Below are positions 20,559 through 31,102 of a stretch of 56,047 bases of DNA, one piece after another; positions within the stretch are counted from its first letter, which is position 1; every line of letters starts with the position of its first letter. The position numbers were made by a program, and so were the translations under genes. The stretch is taken from sequence record SRR22947725_241. One strand, given 5' to 3'. The notes beneath the pieces were generated by a model. That model did no database searches, had not been told where the DNA came from, and saw nothing but the letters and a program-made list of their open reading frames with translations.

Positions 20559-21687
20559 GAGCCATCCCCTCCGGATCTTTTAAACACCAGCGCCCCGCGC
20601 GACGCTGCATCAATCCATCGACAAGAAATGGAGCCCATCGCTTTTCCAAGGCTTTGATCTGAGCAGGGCTCAAATTGAACGCACTCAAATCCATTCCCTC
20701 CTCACGCCGTAATCCCACCAGCAACTGCTCATCGAGGGGAACTCCGAGTCCGCACTCTGTTTCACGGGGATCGTCCAACCACGCTGCATAAGCCTCACGG
20801 GTGCGCGGTCGAGCCAAGCGTTGTCCCCATGGGGCCGATGTCGCCCCCATGCCAAATCCCCACCAACCCGCTCCGCTCCAATACACCCGGTTATGCCGCG
20901 ACGCATGCCCAGGCCTGGCATGGTTCGAAATCTCGTAACGACGGAAACCCGCTTCGGACAAACGGGCCGATGTCAGTGCCATCAGATCGCACGAGAGATC
21001 GTCTTCCAGCAAGGTCAAATCACCTTTGTTGAGCCTGTGATGGAACACAGTTCCAGGTTCCACAGAAAGGTCGTAAATCGAGACGTGGGGAGATCCAGTC
21101 GCGATGGTCTGATCCAATTGATGGTTCCAGCCCTCCAAGGTCTGGCCAGGAAGGCTCTGTATCAAATCCAAGCTCCACGACCTCAGTTCACCTGATCGAT
21201 AGGCCTCGTCCATCCATTCACAGGCCTCTAAAAGATCTTTGGAGCAATGTCGTCGACCTAATTGCTCCAAGACCCCATCGTCGAAGCTTTGCCCTCCAAG
21301 GCTGATCCGATTCACACCAAGGGACAAAACCTGCTTCAGCTGATGCTGATCAAAACTGGCTGGATCCATCTCAAGGGTGATTTCCGCACCTTCTTGCAAG
21401 CCGTATCGCGCTCGAAGTTGATCGAGCAAATCAGCGATCTGAGCTGGGCTTAAAAGCGATGGAGTTCCGCCACCGAAGTACACCGTAGAAAGCGGTGGAC
21501 CCGTTGGCGCAGAGGCGATCTCACGATGCAAGACCTGGAGATAACTTTGGATTGATGCACTACCTGGCCCCTGTGCACCGCGGGCCCGATCTCCAAGGGG
21601 AACAACAGCAAAGTCGCAGTAGTAACAGCGACGGTGGCAGAAGGGAATGTGGAGGTAGGCGCTGCGAGGTGGAGCGGGATAAGGCAT
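20473..21687 (-). CDS. hemW: Radical SAM heme chaperone (HemN-like)
   Basis: [35 protein letters not shown]. Confidence 0.92.
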   Translation of the reverse strand: MPYPAPPRSAYLHIPFCHRRCYYCDFAVVPLGDRARGAQGPGSASIQSYLQVLHREIASAPTGPPLSTVYFGGGTPSLLSPAQIADLLDQLRARYGLQEGAEITLEMDPASFDQHQLKQVLSLGVNRISLGGQSFDDGVLEQLGRRHCSKDLLEACEWMDEAYRSGELRSWSLDLIQSLPGQTLEGWNHQLDQTIATGSPHVSIYDLSVEPGTVFHHRLNKGDLTLLEDDLSCDLMALTSARLSEAGFRRYEISNHARPGHASRHNRVYWSGAGWWGFGMGATSAPWGQRLARPRTREAYAAWLDDPRETECGLGVPLDEQLLVGLRREEGMDLSAFNLSPAQIKALEKRWAPFLVDGLMQRRAGRWCLKDPEGMALSNRVLLEVVLWWESQCGAAESSLLEHQ

Positions 21688-21726
21688 GCTTCGATTATTC
21701 GGATTGAGCTGCCGCGACCTGAGCCC

Positions 21727-22893
21727 ATGGTGGATCCGCTCATCCTGCTGCTATTCATCCTCTCCGGCTCGGCCGCTGGATGGATGGGAATTCATCTACT
21801 CCCGATCGGAGTCGTCAACGAAACGACTGATGCGGAACAACTTCGCTTGATCCTGACGGCATCAGGCGGTGGCATCGGATTGATTGCTGGATTGGTCTTC
21901 AAAAGGCTGCGGGTGAGCCTGATGCAGCAGGTCCGCACGATGCCGACCGATCTGCTTGTGAGCAGAGCCTTGGGGTTAATCCTGGGCTTGTTGGTCGCCA
22001 ACTTATTGCTTCTGCCGGTGTTGCTGCTGCCGTTCTCCGGCGGAGTAGCGCTGATCAAGCCACTCCTTGCGGTCGTCAGCAATGTGTTTTTCGGGATTTT
22101 GGGGAGCAACCTTGCGGAGGTGCATGGCCGCACCCTGCTTCGACTCTTCAATCCAGCCAGTACCGAAGCACTCCTGGTAGCCGATGGGGTGCTCACTCCT
22201 GCCACCGCCAAAATCCTTGACACAAGCGTGATCATCGATGGGCGGATTCGGGGAATGCTTGCCTGTGGCCTCTTGGAGGGTCAGGTGATCGTTGCGGAAT
22301 CAGTCATTGATGAGATGCAGCAACTGTCGGATTCCACAAACATCGAAAAACGGGCCAAAGGGCGGCGTGGACTCAAATTATTGAGAGATTTACGTGAAAC
22401 CTATGGCCGCAGGTTGGTGATCAACAGCACCCGGTACGACGGCAAAGGCACCGATGACCGATTGCTTCAGCTCGCAGGAGACACCGGCGGAACCTTGGTG
22501 ACAGCAGACTTCAACCTGGCCCAAGTGGCCCAAGTGAAGTCCCTCAAGGTAATGAATCTGAGTGAGTTAGTCATTGCGCTGCGTCCAGAAGTGCAACCCG
22601 GCGATGAACTCAATTTGAAAATCGTTCGGGAGGGCAAAGAAGCCAGCCAAGGAGTGGGTTACCTCGAAGACGGCACGATGGTGGTCGTCAACGATGCGCG
22701 TGAACTGATTGGTCAGCGTCGTCCAGTCGTGGTGACTGGTGCCCTGCAAACACCGACAGGTCGCATGGTGTTTGGTCGGCTCGATACCAACAAAGAAACG
22801 AAGACCAGTCACAAGGGAAAAAGTCAAGTCAAGGCCGAGGCCAAAACCAAGACCGATCAAACCACTGCTCAACGACGCATCGACCCCCGCTAG
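21727..22893 (+). CDS. Membrane PIN/TRAM domain protein (YacL/Ycf81-like)
   Basis: Four TM helices, ILDTSVIIDGR PIN motif, GVGYLEDGTMVVV TRAM; ATG 21727 chosen as start. Confidence 0.92.
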   Translation: MVDPLILLLFILSGSAAGWMGIHLLPIGVVNETTDAEQLRLILTASGGGIGLIAGLVFKRLRVSLMQQVRTMPTDLLVSRALGLILGLLVANLLLLPVLLLPFSGGVALIKPLLAVVSNVFFGILGSNLAEVHGRTLLRLFNPASTEALLVADGVLTPATAKILDTSVIIDGRIRGMLACGLLEGQVIVAESVIDEMQQLSDSTNIEKRAKGRRGLKLLRDLRETYGRRLVINSTRYDGKGTDDRLLQLAGDTGGTLVTADFNLAQVAQVKSLKVMNLSELVIALRPEVQPGDELNLKIVREGKEASQGVGYLEDGTMVVVNDARELIGQRRPVVVTGALQTPTGRMVFGRLDTNKETKTSHKGKSQVKAEAKTKTDQTTAQRRIDPR

Positions 22894-22922
22894 GATTTTT
22901 TAACTCGAGATGATGCGTGGAA

Positions 22923-23591
22923 ATGACCACATCCGCTCCTTATTACGGCGATGGCGCCGCAATGAGAACGCCTCCTCCCGATCTTCCTTCTTTGCTTCTC
23001 AAAGAACGGATTGTTTATTTGGGGTTGCCACTCTTTTCAGATGACGATGCAAAACGTCAGATGGGAATTGACGTTACTGAATTAATCATCGCCCAATTGC
23101 TTTTTCTGGAATTTGATGATCCAGAGAAACCAATTTACTTTTACATCAACTCAACGGGCACAAGTTGGTACTCCGGTGATGCCATTGGTTTTGAAACCGA
23201 AGCCTTCGCTATTTGCGACACCCTCCGATATGTGAAGCCTCCCGTTCACACGATCTGCATCGGTCAGGCGATGGGAACCGCTGCAGTGATCCTGTCTGCC
23301 GGGACCAAAGGCCAGCGGGCTGCACTGCCCCATTCGTCCATTGTTTTGCATCAGCCACGCAGTGGCGCTCAAGGTCAAGCCACCGATATACAAATCCGAG
23401 CCAAAGAGGTTTTGCACAACAAGCAAGCCATGCTCGAGATTCTCTCTAACAACACGGGGCGCTCCGTTGAAGAGCTGAGCAAAAACTCCGACAGGATGAG
23501 CTATCTCACCCCCTATGAAGCCGTTGAATTCGGCCTCATCGACCGGGTTCTGAGCAGCCGTAAAGACCTCCCCGGCTCCAAAGCCAACTGA
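22923..23591 (+). CDS. clpR: Clp protease non-catalytic subunit ClpR
   Basis: ClpP fold with GQAMGTAA replacing the catalytic-Ser motif; upstream of clpP. Confidence 0.9.
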   Translation: MTTSAPYYGDGAAMRTPPPDLPSLLLKERIVYLGLPLFSDDDAKRQMGIDVTELIIAQLLFLEFDDPEKPIYFYINSTGTSWYSGDAIGFETEAFAICDTLRYVKPPVHTICIGQAMGTAAVILSAGTKGQRAALPHSSIVLHQPRSGAQGQATDIQIRAKEVLHNKQAMLEILSNNTGRSVEELSKNSDRMSYLTPYEAVEFGLIDRVLSSRKDLPGSKAN

Positions 23592-23636
23592 TCGTTTTCG
23601 TCGACCATTTTTTTCACCACTTCCCTGACCTAAACC

Positions 23637-24239
23637 ATGCCGATCGGTACCCCCAGCGTTCCTTATCGTCTTCCCGGCAGCCAAATGGAGCGCTGGGTCG
23701 ACATCTACACGCGTCTCGGTGTAGAGCGCATCCTTTTCCTCGGATCAGAGGTCAACGACGGAATCGCCAACAGCCTCGTTGCCCAAATGCTGTATCTCGA
23801 CTCTGAAGACAGCAGCAAACCGATCTACCTGTACATCAACTCTCCCGGTGGCTCTGTCACCGCAGGTTTAGCGATCTTCGACACCATCCAATATGTGAAA
23901 AGTGAGGTGGTCACCATCTGCGTAGGACTCGCTGCCTCCATGGGCGCCTTCTTACTAGCAGCCGGGACAAAAGGAAAGCGGGTCGCTCTGCCCCATAGCC
24001 GGATCATGATCCACCAACCCTTGGGCGGCACGAGTCGTCGTCAGGCCAGCGACATCGAAATTGAGGCCCGTGAAATCCTTCGAATGAAGGACATGCTCAA
24101 TCACTCCCTGGCGGATATGAGTGGCCAGACTTTCGAAAAAATTGAAAAAGATACTGACCGCGACTACTTCTTGAGCGCTCAAGAAGCCATGGATTACGGC
24201 CTAATCGACCGCGTGATCTCTCACCCGAACGAAGCCTGA
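23637..24239 (+). CDS. clpP: Clp protease proteolytic subunit (ClpP3-type)
   Basis: [16 protein letters not shown] (catalytic Ser), MIHQP, DRD. Confidence 0.96.
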   Translation: MPIGTPSVPYRLPGSQMERWVDIYTRLGVERILFLGSEVNDGIANSLVAQMLYLDSEDSSKPIYLYINSPGGSVTAGLAIFDTIQYVKSEVVTICVGLAASMGAFLLAAGTKGKRVALPHSRIMIHQPLGGTSRRQASDIEIEAREILRMKDMLNHSLADMSGQTFEKIEKDTDRDYFLSAQEAMDYGLIDRVISHPNEA

Positions 24240-25298
<1,059 letters not shown>

Positions 25299-25308
25299 TT
25301 CCACTCCC

Positions 25309-26409
25309 ATGAAGCAGCAGCCCCGAAGCGATTCAGAGTTAGGAGCGTTTCGCCAGTCATCTTGGCAAACACGCATTCCTGGCTCAATCCTCTGGGGAAG
25401 CAGTCAGGCGGGGAACACCATTCTCCTCGCCTCGAGTGGCTGGATGGTGAGTGGTTTGAGTGGCTCACCACTACTCAATGGGATATTGCCGACCCTTGGG
25501 ATCATTCCCCTTTTCTTGGGACTGAAGCAAAATAGAAATGGCTATTTCTTCCAGATCTTTAGTGCATGCCTGCTGATTGGACTTGCTTGGCTACCGATCG
25601 AATCAGGCCAATCAAAATCAATCGTTTTAGTGGGCACTTTTATAGCCTTGTTTCTGCATGGGACCGGGAAGGCGCTCTCGAGTCTTTCACTGAAGAAAGA
25701 CCTTCTTGATCGGCCTGGTTCCAGTTCAGAAAAGCTCCGCGTAGGACAAGATCTCGGCTTTTTTATAGGCAATTTAATAACAGCGATGCTGTTTCCTGCC
25801 ATCCGTCAATTTTTGCCAGGTTTTCTACTTTTACTGCCAATTACCAGCTCTCTGAATAACAACCCTCAGGGATCCCAACCCATCCCGGCGCAGGAACGTC
25901 CGCCGCTTCATGGTCTTTGCTGTTTACAAGGCCTGGTCATTGGATCTCTCTTTGCCCTACTCGCCTTATGGGTTCGCGAGATCGACGGGGGTAAATGCTT
26001 TGATTTCGCGATGGTGCTGGCGGCGTACCGACTAGGGCGCCCCCTAATGGTGTGGATGCCAAACATCACAGCATCGACCCGGTACTGGCTTTTGATTCTT
26101 TTACTGATCGTGAGTCAGATCAGCCCAATGAGCTGGCTTTCGGTTGCCCTGTTTATTCCGATCGGAGCATTGATTAGCTCCAGTGAACTGAATCTGATCA
26201 ACGGTCTCACCAAGGTGAAAGACTCTGCAAATCGATGGCGCATCTTGGAAAGCTCAAGCGCCATTGGCGGATTCATTGGCAGCATCGGGCTGGGACTGTT
26301 CTGTCAAATTTTTGGTTTGACTTGGGCATTACCGGTGGTTTGCGTTGGTTTGTTCTCGTTAGCTCTGCTCCATTTGCGGCAACCACCAACGCTTCAAGCG
26401 ACTGCATGA
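25309..26409 (+). CDS. Multi-pass membrane protein, divergent MFS-like
   Basis: About 11-12 hydrophobic segments in two halves with a central hydrophilic loop. Confidence 0.6.
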   Translation: MKQQPRSDSELGAFRQSSWQTRIPGSILWGSSQAGNTILLASSGWMVSGLSGSPLLNGILPTLGIIPLFLGLKQNRNGYFFQIFSACLLIGLAWLPIESGQSKSIVLVGTFIALFLHGTGKALSSLSLKKDLLDRPGSSSEKLRVGQDLGFFIGNLITAMLFPAIRQFLPGFLLLLPITSSLNNNPQGSQPIPAQERPPLHGLCCLQGLVIGSLFALLALWVREIDGGKCFDFAMVLAAYRLGRPLMVWMPNITASTRYWLLILLLIVSQISPMSWLSVALFIPIGALISSSELNLINGLTKVKDSANRWRILESSSAIGGFIGSIGLGLFCQIFGLTWALPVVCVGLFSLALLHLRQPPTLQATA

Positions 26410-26416
26410 GCACATT

Positions 26417-27481
26417 GTGTTGAATGCCGAAGAGACAGCAAATCTGCTGCTGAGCAGCAGCATCCTTTTGGCTTCTCTGTTGGATCGAATCATTGGAGAC
26501 CCACCGGGTTGGATTCATCCCGTCGTGGTGATGGGATGGTGCATCAGCAAACTGCAGCGAATCACAGAACGCCACCTCAGCCACCAACAAGCCTTGAGAT
26601 GGGCAGGGTTAGGCATCACGATTGGGCTTGTTGGGGGCTCACTTCTGTTCGGCCAAGTCATCGAAGGCGTTGCTCGATGGGCCGTTGCGCAGAACAGCTG
26701 GACATCCAAGTTCATGGGGATCGCGCTGCTCACCACGGCACTAGGCAGCGCATTAGCAGGGAGAAGCCTTGAGCAGGCTGTCAACACGGTGCTGATGAGC
26801 TTGCCAGAGCCGCCTAAGGACGATGTACGCCCAGCACGTCAGGCCTTGGCATGGATTGTTGGACGAGATACGCGTGCGTTGAATGGTGAACAGATCCTGC
26901 GTGCTTGCGCCGAAACCTCCAGTGAAAACGCTGTGGATGGCCTCTTTGCCCCCTTGTTCTGGATGTGGGTCGGGGCACTTCTATGGATGATCAATTCAGA
27001 GTTACCCGGTCCACTGGCACTGGCCTGGGCCTTTAAAGCGTCCAGCACACTCGACTCGATGCTTGGTTACCGCAGGGGAAAGCTGAGGTGGCTTGGCACA
27101 GCAGGAGCTCGACTCGATGATCTGCTGACCTGGTTGCCGTGCCGACTGGTGATGGTGAGCTTACCGATGGTTAGCCACCCCTTTTGGAGGTGGGCTCATC
27201 TCATCCATGCCGCCGAGAGCGATGGACGATTTGATCCTTCTCCGAATGCGGGGCGATCAGAGGCGATTTATGCCCACTGCACAGGCATCAAAATGGGAGG
27301 CGCTAACAAATATGGAACCAAGTGGGTAGATAAGCCCGTTTTGGCAGGTCAATACCTGTGTCCAGACCACACCAAAATCAAGGACTTGCAGCGACTGAGC
27401 CAACGGTTGCTCCAACTCTGGCTTGTGGTCTGCACTGCAGTGATTTTGATGGTCTTATCGATGAAATCAGCTTTTCAGTAA
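26417..27481 (+). CDS. cobD: Adenosylcobinamide-phosphate synthase CbiB/CobD
   Basis: GDP..HPV, IVGRDT, SENAVDG, TLDSMLGY, ARLDD, SPNAG. Confidence 0.95.
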   Translation: MLNAEETANLLLSSSILLASLLDRIIGDPPGWIHPVVVMGWCISKLQRITERHLSHQQALRWAGLGITIGLVGGSLLFGQVIEGVARWAVAQNSWTSKFMGIALLTTALGSALAGRSLEQAVNTVLMSLPEPPKDDVRPARQALAWIVGRDTRALNGEQILRACAETSSENAVDGLFAPLFWMWVGALLWMINSELPGPLALAWAFKASSTLDSMLGYRRGKLRWLGTAGARLDDLLTWLPCRLVMVSLPMVSHPFWRWAHLIHAAESDGRFDPSPNAGRSEAIYAHCTGIKMGGANKYGTKWVDKPVLAGQYLCPDHTKIKDLQRLSQRLLQLWLVVCTAVILMVLSMKSAFQ

Positions 27482-28233
27482 GCACCACGATCCATCGGGA
27501 GTAACAACACTCCAAAAGTTCTCAAAATAATGGCGCAATCCAGGGCGAATGAGCGGCCACGGGCATAAGCCAAATCGAGCTTGACGCGCTTCTTATAGCT
27601 GAGATTATTTCGGCCACTGACTTGCCAGATCCCAGTAAGGCCAGGACGCACAGCCGCCACTTCATCCATATATGGCCCATAACGAGCTAATTCCTTGTCG
27701 ACAATCGGGCGAGGTCCAACCACACTCATCTCTCCACGCAACACATTGATGAACTGCGGTAATTCGTCGAGGCTCGAACGTCTTAAAAACTTTCCAACCC
27801 ATGTAATCCGCGGGTCGCTCTTGAGCTTGAAATCACGTTCGTACTCAGCTCTGAGCTCGGGATCTTCGGACAAAACCTTCGCAAGCACCACATCCGCATC
27901 AGGCCGCATGGTGCGGAACTTGATGCAACCAAACCGTCGGTAATCCCGACCAACACGACGCTGAACGTAGAAAACAGGGCCAGGTGAGCTGAGTTTGATC
28001 AAACAGGCCAAGAGAAGAAGCACTGGCGATCCCAAGCCCAAAACAACGAGGGAAAACACCACATCACCCGTGCGCTTCAGTCCTCGTCCTCTTCTGCTCT
28101 GCTGACGAATCAATGTTCCAGCAGTGAGGGTGGAGGGTGGAGCTGAAATCACAGCCAAATGGGGCCGATAAGCCCCCCTACCGATCCCCAAACCGGTGGT
28201 TTTACGCAGAGAGGGCCGGGGGGCCGTCGTCAA
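27475..28233 (-). CDS. Undecaprenyl-phosphate sugar-1-phosphate transferase (WcaJ/WbaP C-terminal type)
   Basis: KFRTM, DPRIT, SLDELPQ, GEMSVVGPRP, PGLTGIWQ; TTG 28233 taken as start. Confidence 0.92.
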   Translation of the reverse strand: MTTAPRPSLRKTTGLGIGRGAYRPHLAVISAPPSTLTAGTLIRQQSRRGRGLKRTGDVVFSLVVLGLGSPVLLLLACLIKLSSPGPVFYVQRRVGRDYRRFGCIKFRTMRPDADVVLAKVLSEDPELRAEYERDFKLKSDPRITWVGKFLRRSSLDELPQFINVLRGEMSVVGPRPIVDKELARYGPYMDEVAAVRPGLTGIWQVSGRNNLSYKKRVKLDLAYARGRSFALDCAIILRTFGVLLLPMDRGAY

Positions 28234-28264
28234 AGGCTCAGTTTGCGTCTCAACACACTCAACG

Positions 28265-29494
28265 TCAGGACAACAGCCCTGGCACCTCGGCGGGGTCACT
28301 CGCCGCAACGGCACAGCCAGCCTGATGGTTGCCCCATGACCGCCGCATGGACGCCTCAAAACGGGCCGCAAAAGCCTCAGGCCGAAAGCGTTCCGCCCAC
28401 AACCTGATGCTGTCTGAACTGAACGTCTTCAACCGTTGCTGCTGCTGAAACCACTCAACGGCCTGAACGACCGATTCCACTGATTGGTCGGGGAAGAGCA
28501 CACCTGTGGGCTGTGAACAGCCAGCCGCAGCGCAGCGCACCGTATCGAGCAAACCCCCACGACCGAGACCGATGACTGGAGCGCCTGCTGCCATGGCTTC
28601 GACCGGGGCAATCCCAAAGTCCTCGAGCCCCGCATACACAAAAGCGCGACAGCGCGCCATCAACGTCTCCACCTGTGCCTGGGATTGACGCCCTAAAAGC
28701 GTGACGTTGGCTCCGGCGAGCTCCTCCAATCGCAGGCGCTCTGGGCCATCGCCAACAACCAACAACGGAAGGCCAAGCCGATTGAACGCCTCAATGACCA
28801 AATCGACACGTTTGTAAGGAACCAGTCGGCAAACACAGAGAAAGCTGTCATCGCGAGCGGACTGCCATCGAAAGCGCGACACATCGACGGGGGGATGAAT
28901 CACTTCAGCCTCCCGTCCCCAGAACTTGCGAATCCGTCGAGCGGTGAAGCGGGAATTAGCAATGAGATGATCCACCCGCTGGGCGCTGAGTTGATCCCAT
29001 TGCCTCAACGCATGCAATTGCCAACGAATGAGTGGACCTAGCCCCCGTCGGGCCAAGGCTGAGCGACGGAGGTAGGCATGCATCTGATCCCAGGCGTAAC
29101 GGACCGGTGTGTGCACATAACTGATATGAAGTTGGTCAGGCGAGGTGAGCACTCCTTTGCCGACGAGATGACTGCTGCTGATCACCAAATCAGCATCGCC
29201 AAGATCGATCTGCTCAATGGCCATGGGAAGGAGTGGCAAATATTGCTGCACATGACTCACTCCCCAGGGCAAATGCTGAATCGGACTGGTGCGGATCGAC
29301 CGGCCCGACAGCCAACTGCCTCGGCGTCCGCTTTCACCATCAACAAGAGCCGCCAGAATCGGTTGCCGATCGAGGTCGGTCAGCAAGCGATCCAAGGCCT
29401 CAACCACAAGCTCAGCACCACCCGTCGATCTGGGGGTGAACCATTCATGAGCGAGAGCGATGCGCCGGGGCAACGCATCGGAGGCCGGCGACAT
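28265..29494 (-). CDS. Glycosyltransferase family 4
   Basis: GGAE, HTPVRY, RLVPYKRVD, EDFGIAPVEAMAAG. Confidence 0.92.
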   Translation of the reverse strand: MSPASDALPRRIALAHEWFTPRSTGGAELVVEALDRLLTDLDRQPILAALVDGESGRRGSWLSGRSIRTSPIQHLPWGVSHVQQYLPLLPMAIEQIDLGDADLVISSSHLVGKGVLTSPDQLHISYVHTPVRYAWDQMHAYLRRSALARRGLGPLIRWQLHALRQWDQLSAQRVDHLIANSRFTARRIRKFWGREAEVIHPPVDVSRFRWQSARDDSFLCVCRLVPYKRVDLVIEAFNRLGLPLLVVGDGPERLRLEELAGANVTLLGRQSQAQVETLMARCRAFVYAGLEDFGIAPVEAMAAGAPVIGLGRGGLLDTVRCAAAGCSQPTGVLFPDQSVESVVQAVEWFQQQQRLKTFSSDSIRLWAERFRPEAFAARFEASMRRSWGNHQAGCAVAASDPAEVPGLLS

Positions 29495-29569
29495 GCGCTT
29501 TGACGAAGTATCCATACAAATTCTCTCAGCTCGTTGCAGGTTCAGAACGAGCTCACGATGCTGGTGAAC

Positions 29570-29827
29570 ATGTACAGCTCGAACCTAACGATCAACACCC
29601 TCCTCGAGGAGGCGTTGAACGAACCGGACATCGGCACGACAAGCCGATTCCGATGGCATGCAACTGCCATCGGAATCGCTGCCCTATGGACGGAAAGCAA
29701 TACACCGAGCACTCCACCCTTTGAGGATGCCCTCCAAGAAGGATTGACAGTGGGCTTGGATCTCAGCAGAGAAGAGCGCGAATTTCATCAAGTGGAACAA
29801 GGACTTGTTCTTCTCTTTCACTCTTGA
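29570..29827 (+). CDS. Conserved hypothetical protein
   Basis: Protein-like ORF divergent from the GT4 gene; start uncertain (29534/29558/29570). Confidence 0.7.
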   Translation: MYSSNLTINTLLEEALNEPDIGTTSRFRWHATAIGIAALWTESNTPSTPPFEDALQEGLTVGLDLSREEREFHQVEQGLVLLFHS

Positions 29828-30041
29828 GGTGACGCAAGCCAGAGCCATGTCCAACAGAAGCATCAACTCGATCGACCAAGCCACAACATCAACCTGCCAG
29901 CCATTGGATTTCAAGCAGGGAACATCTTTTCTCCAGCGCTGATGATCCATAACGCCCAGACGCTGGGGTGCAGAGCTAGACGGACTTCCAAGCGCTTGGA
30001 ATCGTGATCGAATCACCACATATCCAGTGGGCGTCCATCCA

Positions 30042-30203
30042 CTACCCCCTTGCGGAAAGATTCACTTTTGCCAGCTTCAATGCCTCTTCACAGGCCTTGC
30101 GATCGTCAGAATCAATATCCCCCTGACCACCATTCAAACGGGCTTCAAGAAAGGCAATTTCGTCCATCCAATACGCCTTAGCCTTCGGCTGTTCAGCAGT
30201 CAT
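30042..30203 (-). CDS. Small conserved hypothetical protein (53 aa)
   Basis: MTAEQPKAKAYWMDEIAFLEARLNGGQGDID..., helical-hairpin-like; resembles a small picocyanobacterial family (from memory). Confidence 0.65.
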   Translation of the reverse strand: MTAEQPKAKAYWMDEIAFLEARLNGGQGDIDSDDRKACEEALKLAKVNLSARG

Positions 30204-30328
30204 CCCAATCAAAATGACGATCACAACTATTCTGACAAATACACGCTTGATTCACAATGGGATAATGCACGAATAGAAACCAACCTCTGCACAACTACAA
30301 CAATGATCAACACAGCAAACTAGCCAGG

Positions 30329-30520
30329 ATGTTGAAAATTTTTATTGGCGTCGTCCTTGGATATCTACTCTTCACGTCACCTCAAGCAAGACGTATTACC
30401 GGACAGCTGCTTCGCAGTGCAGCTGAAGTGATCTCACCAGAGACCAAACCAGCACTGAACGAGTCCGATACAAAGAAGGACAACAGACCACTCAGAACTG
30501 TGCATCCTGACGCGCAATGA
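30329..30520 (+). CDS. Small membrane-anchored protein (63 aa)
   Basis: AGGA just before the ATG; N-terminal hydrophobic helix followed by an amphipathic helix. Confidence 0.6.
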   Translation: MLKIFIGVVLGYLLFTSPQARRITGQLLRSAAEVISPETKPALNESDTKKDNRPLRTVHPDAQ

Positions 30521-30609
30521 AAAAGCACTTGCTCATCGTCGCAACGTATTGGCTTGGAGGATTTACTGCACTGATGTTAACCTTCTATCTGATCATTTCC
30601 TTAAGATAA
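30517..30609 (+). CDS. 30-aa single-TM microprotein MKKHLLIVATYWLGGFTALMLTFYLIISLR
   Basis: Manual translation; ATGA overlap with the upstream stop; below the ORF-track cutoff. Confidence 0.5.
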   Translation: MKKHLLIVATYWLGGFTALMLTFYLIISLR

Positions 30610-30624
30610 GGACAGTTAGTTCTT

Positions 30625-31017
30625 TCAATCTCTTTGTTTCACAGATCCGTTCCATAGAGGGCTTGAAAGCAAATTTTTCAAAAGATCAAGCAGCCTCCAC
30701 CCAGAATCGGTCAACCTGTCAGATTGAATGCCAAGAAGATACTCATGCTGAACACGTCGACCATGCTGTCGAGAGCAAACAATCATCACATCATCGTATT
30801 GAATTGGGAAATCACTTGTAAATCTCACATCAAGAATCCCTTCCGCAATAAAAAGAAGGAAATCACAAACAACTTGATTAATATATTCCTCACAATCTTG
30901 CAAGTCTCCAGAGCAAATCATTTGCTCCCTTGATTGCGGAGTATACGTAACAAATGAAAAGAAGAAGCGGGACTGGGTTGGTTGAAGATAGATCCGATGA
31001 AATGGTTTGTTTGACAT
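30625..31017 (-). CDS. Hypothetical protein (130 aa)
   Basis: Protein-like alpha/beta composition; same strand as and downstream of the WYL gene. Confidence 0.65.
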   Translation of the reverse strand: MSNKPFHRIYLQPTQSRFFFSFVTYTPQSREQMICSGDLQDCEEYINQVVCDFLLFIAEGILDVRFTSDFPIQYDDVMIVCSRQHGRRVQHEYLLGIQSDRLTDSGWRLLDLLKNLLSSPLWNGSVKQRD

Positions 31018-31102
31018 TTCAATTCCTAATCATCACAGCAAAGTATCTGAACACCACGCAAGCCAAGTGATTGGCTTTCAACATTTGCAATGTCATCAAT
31101 GT

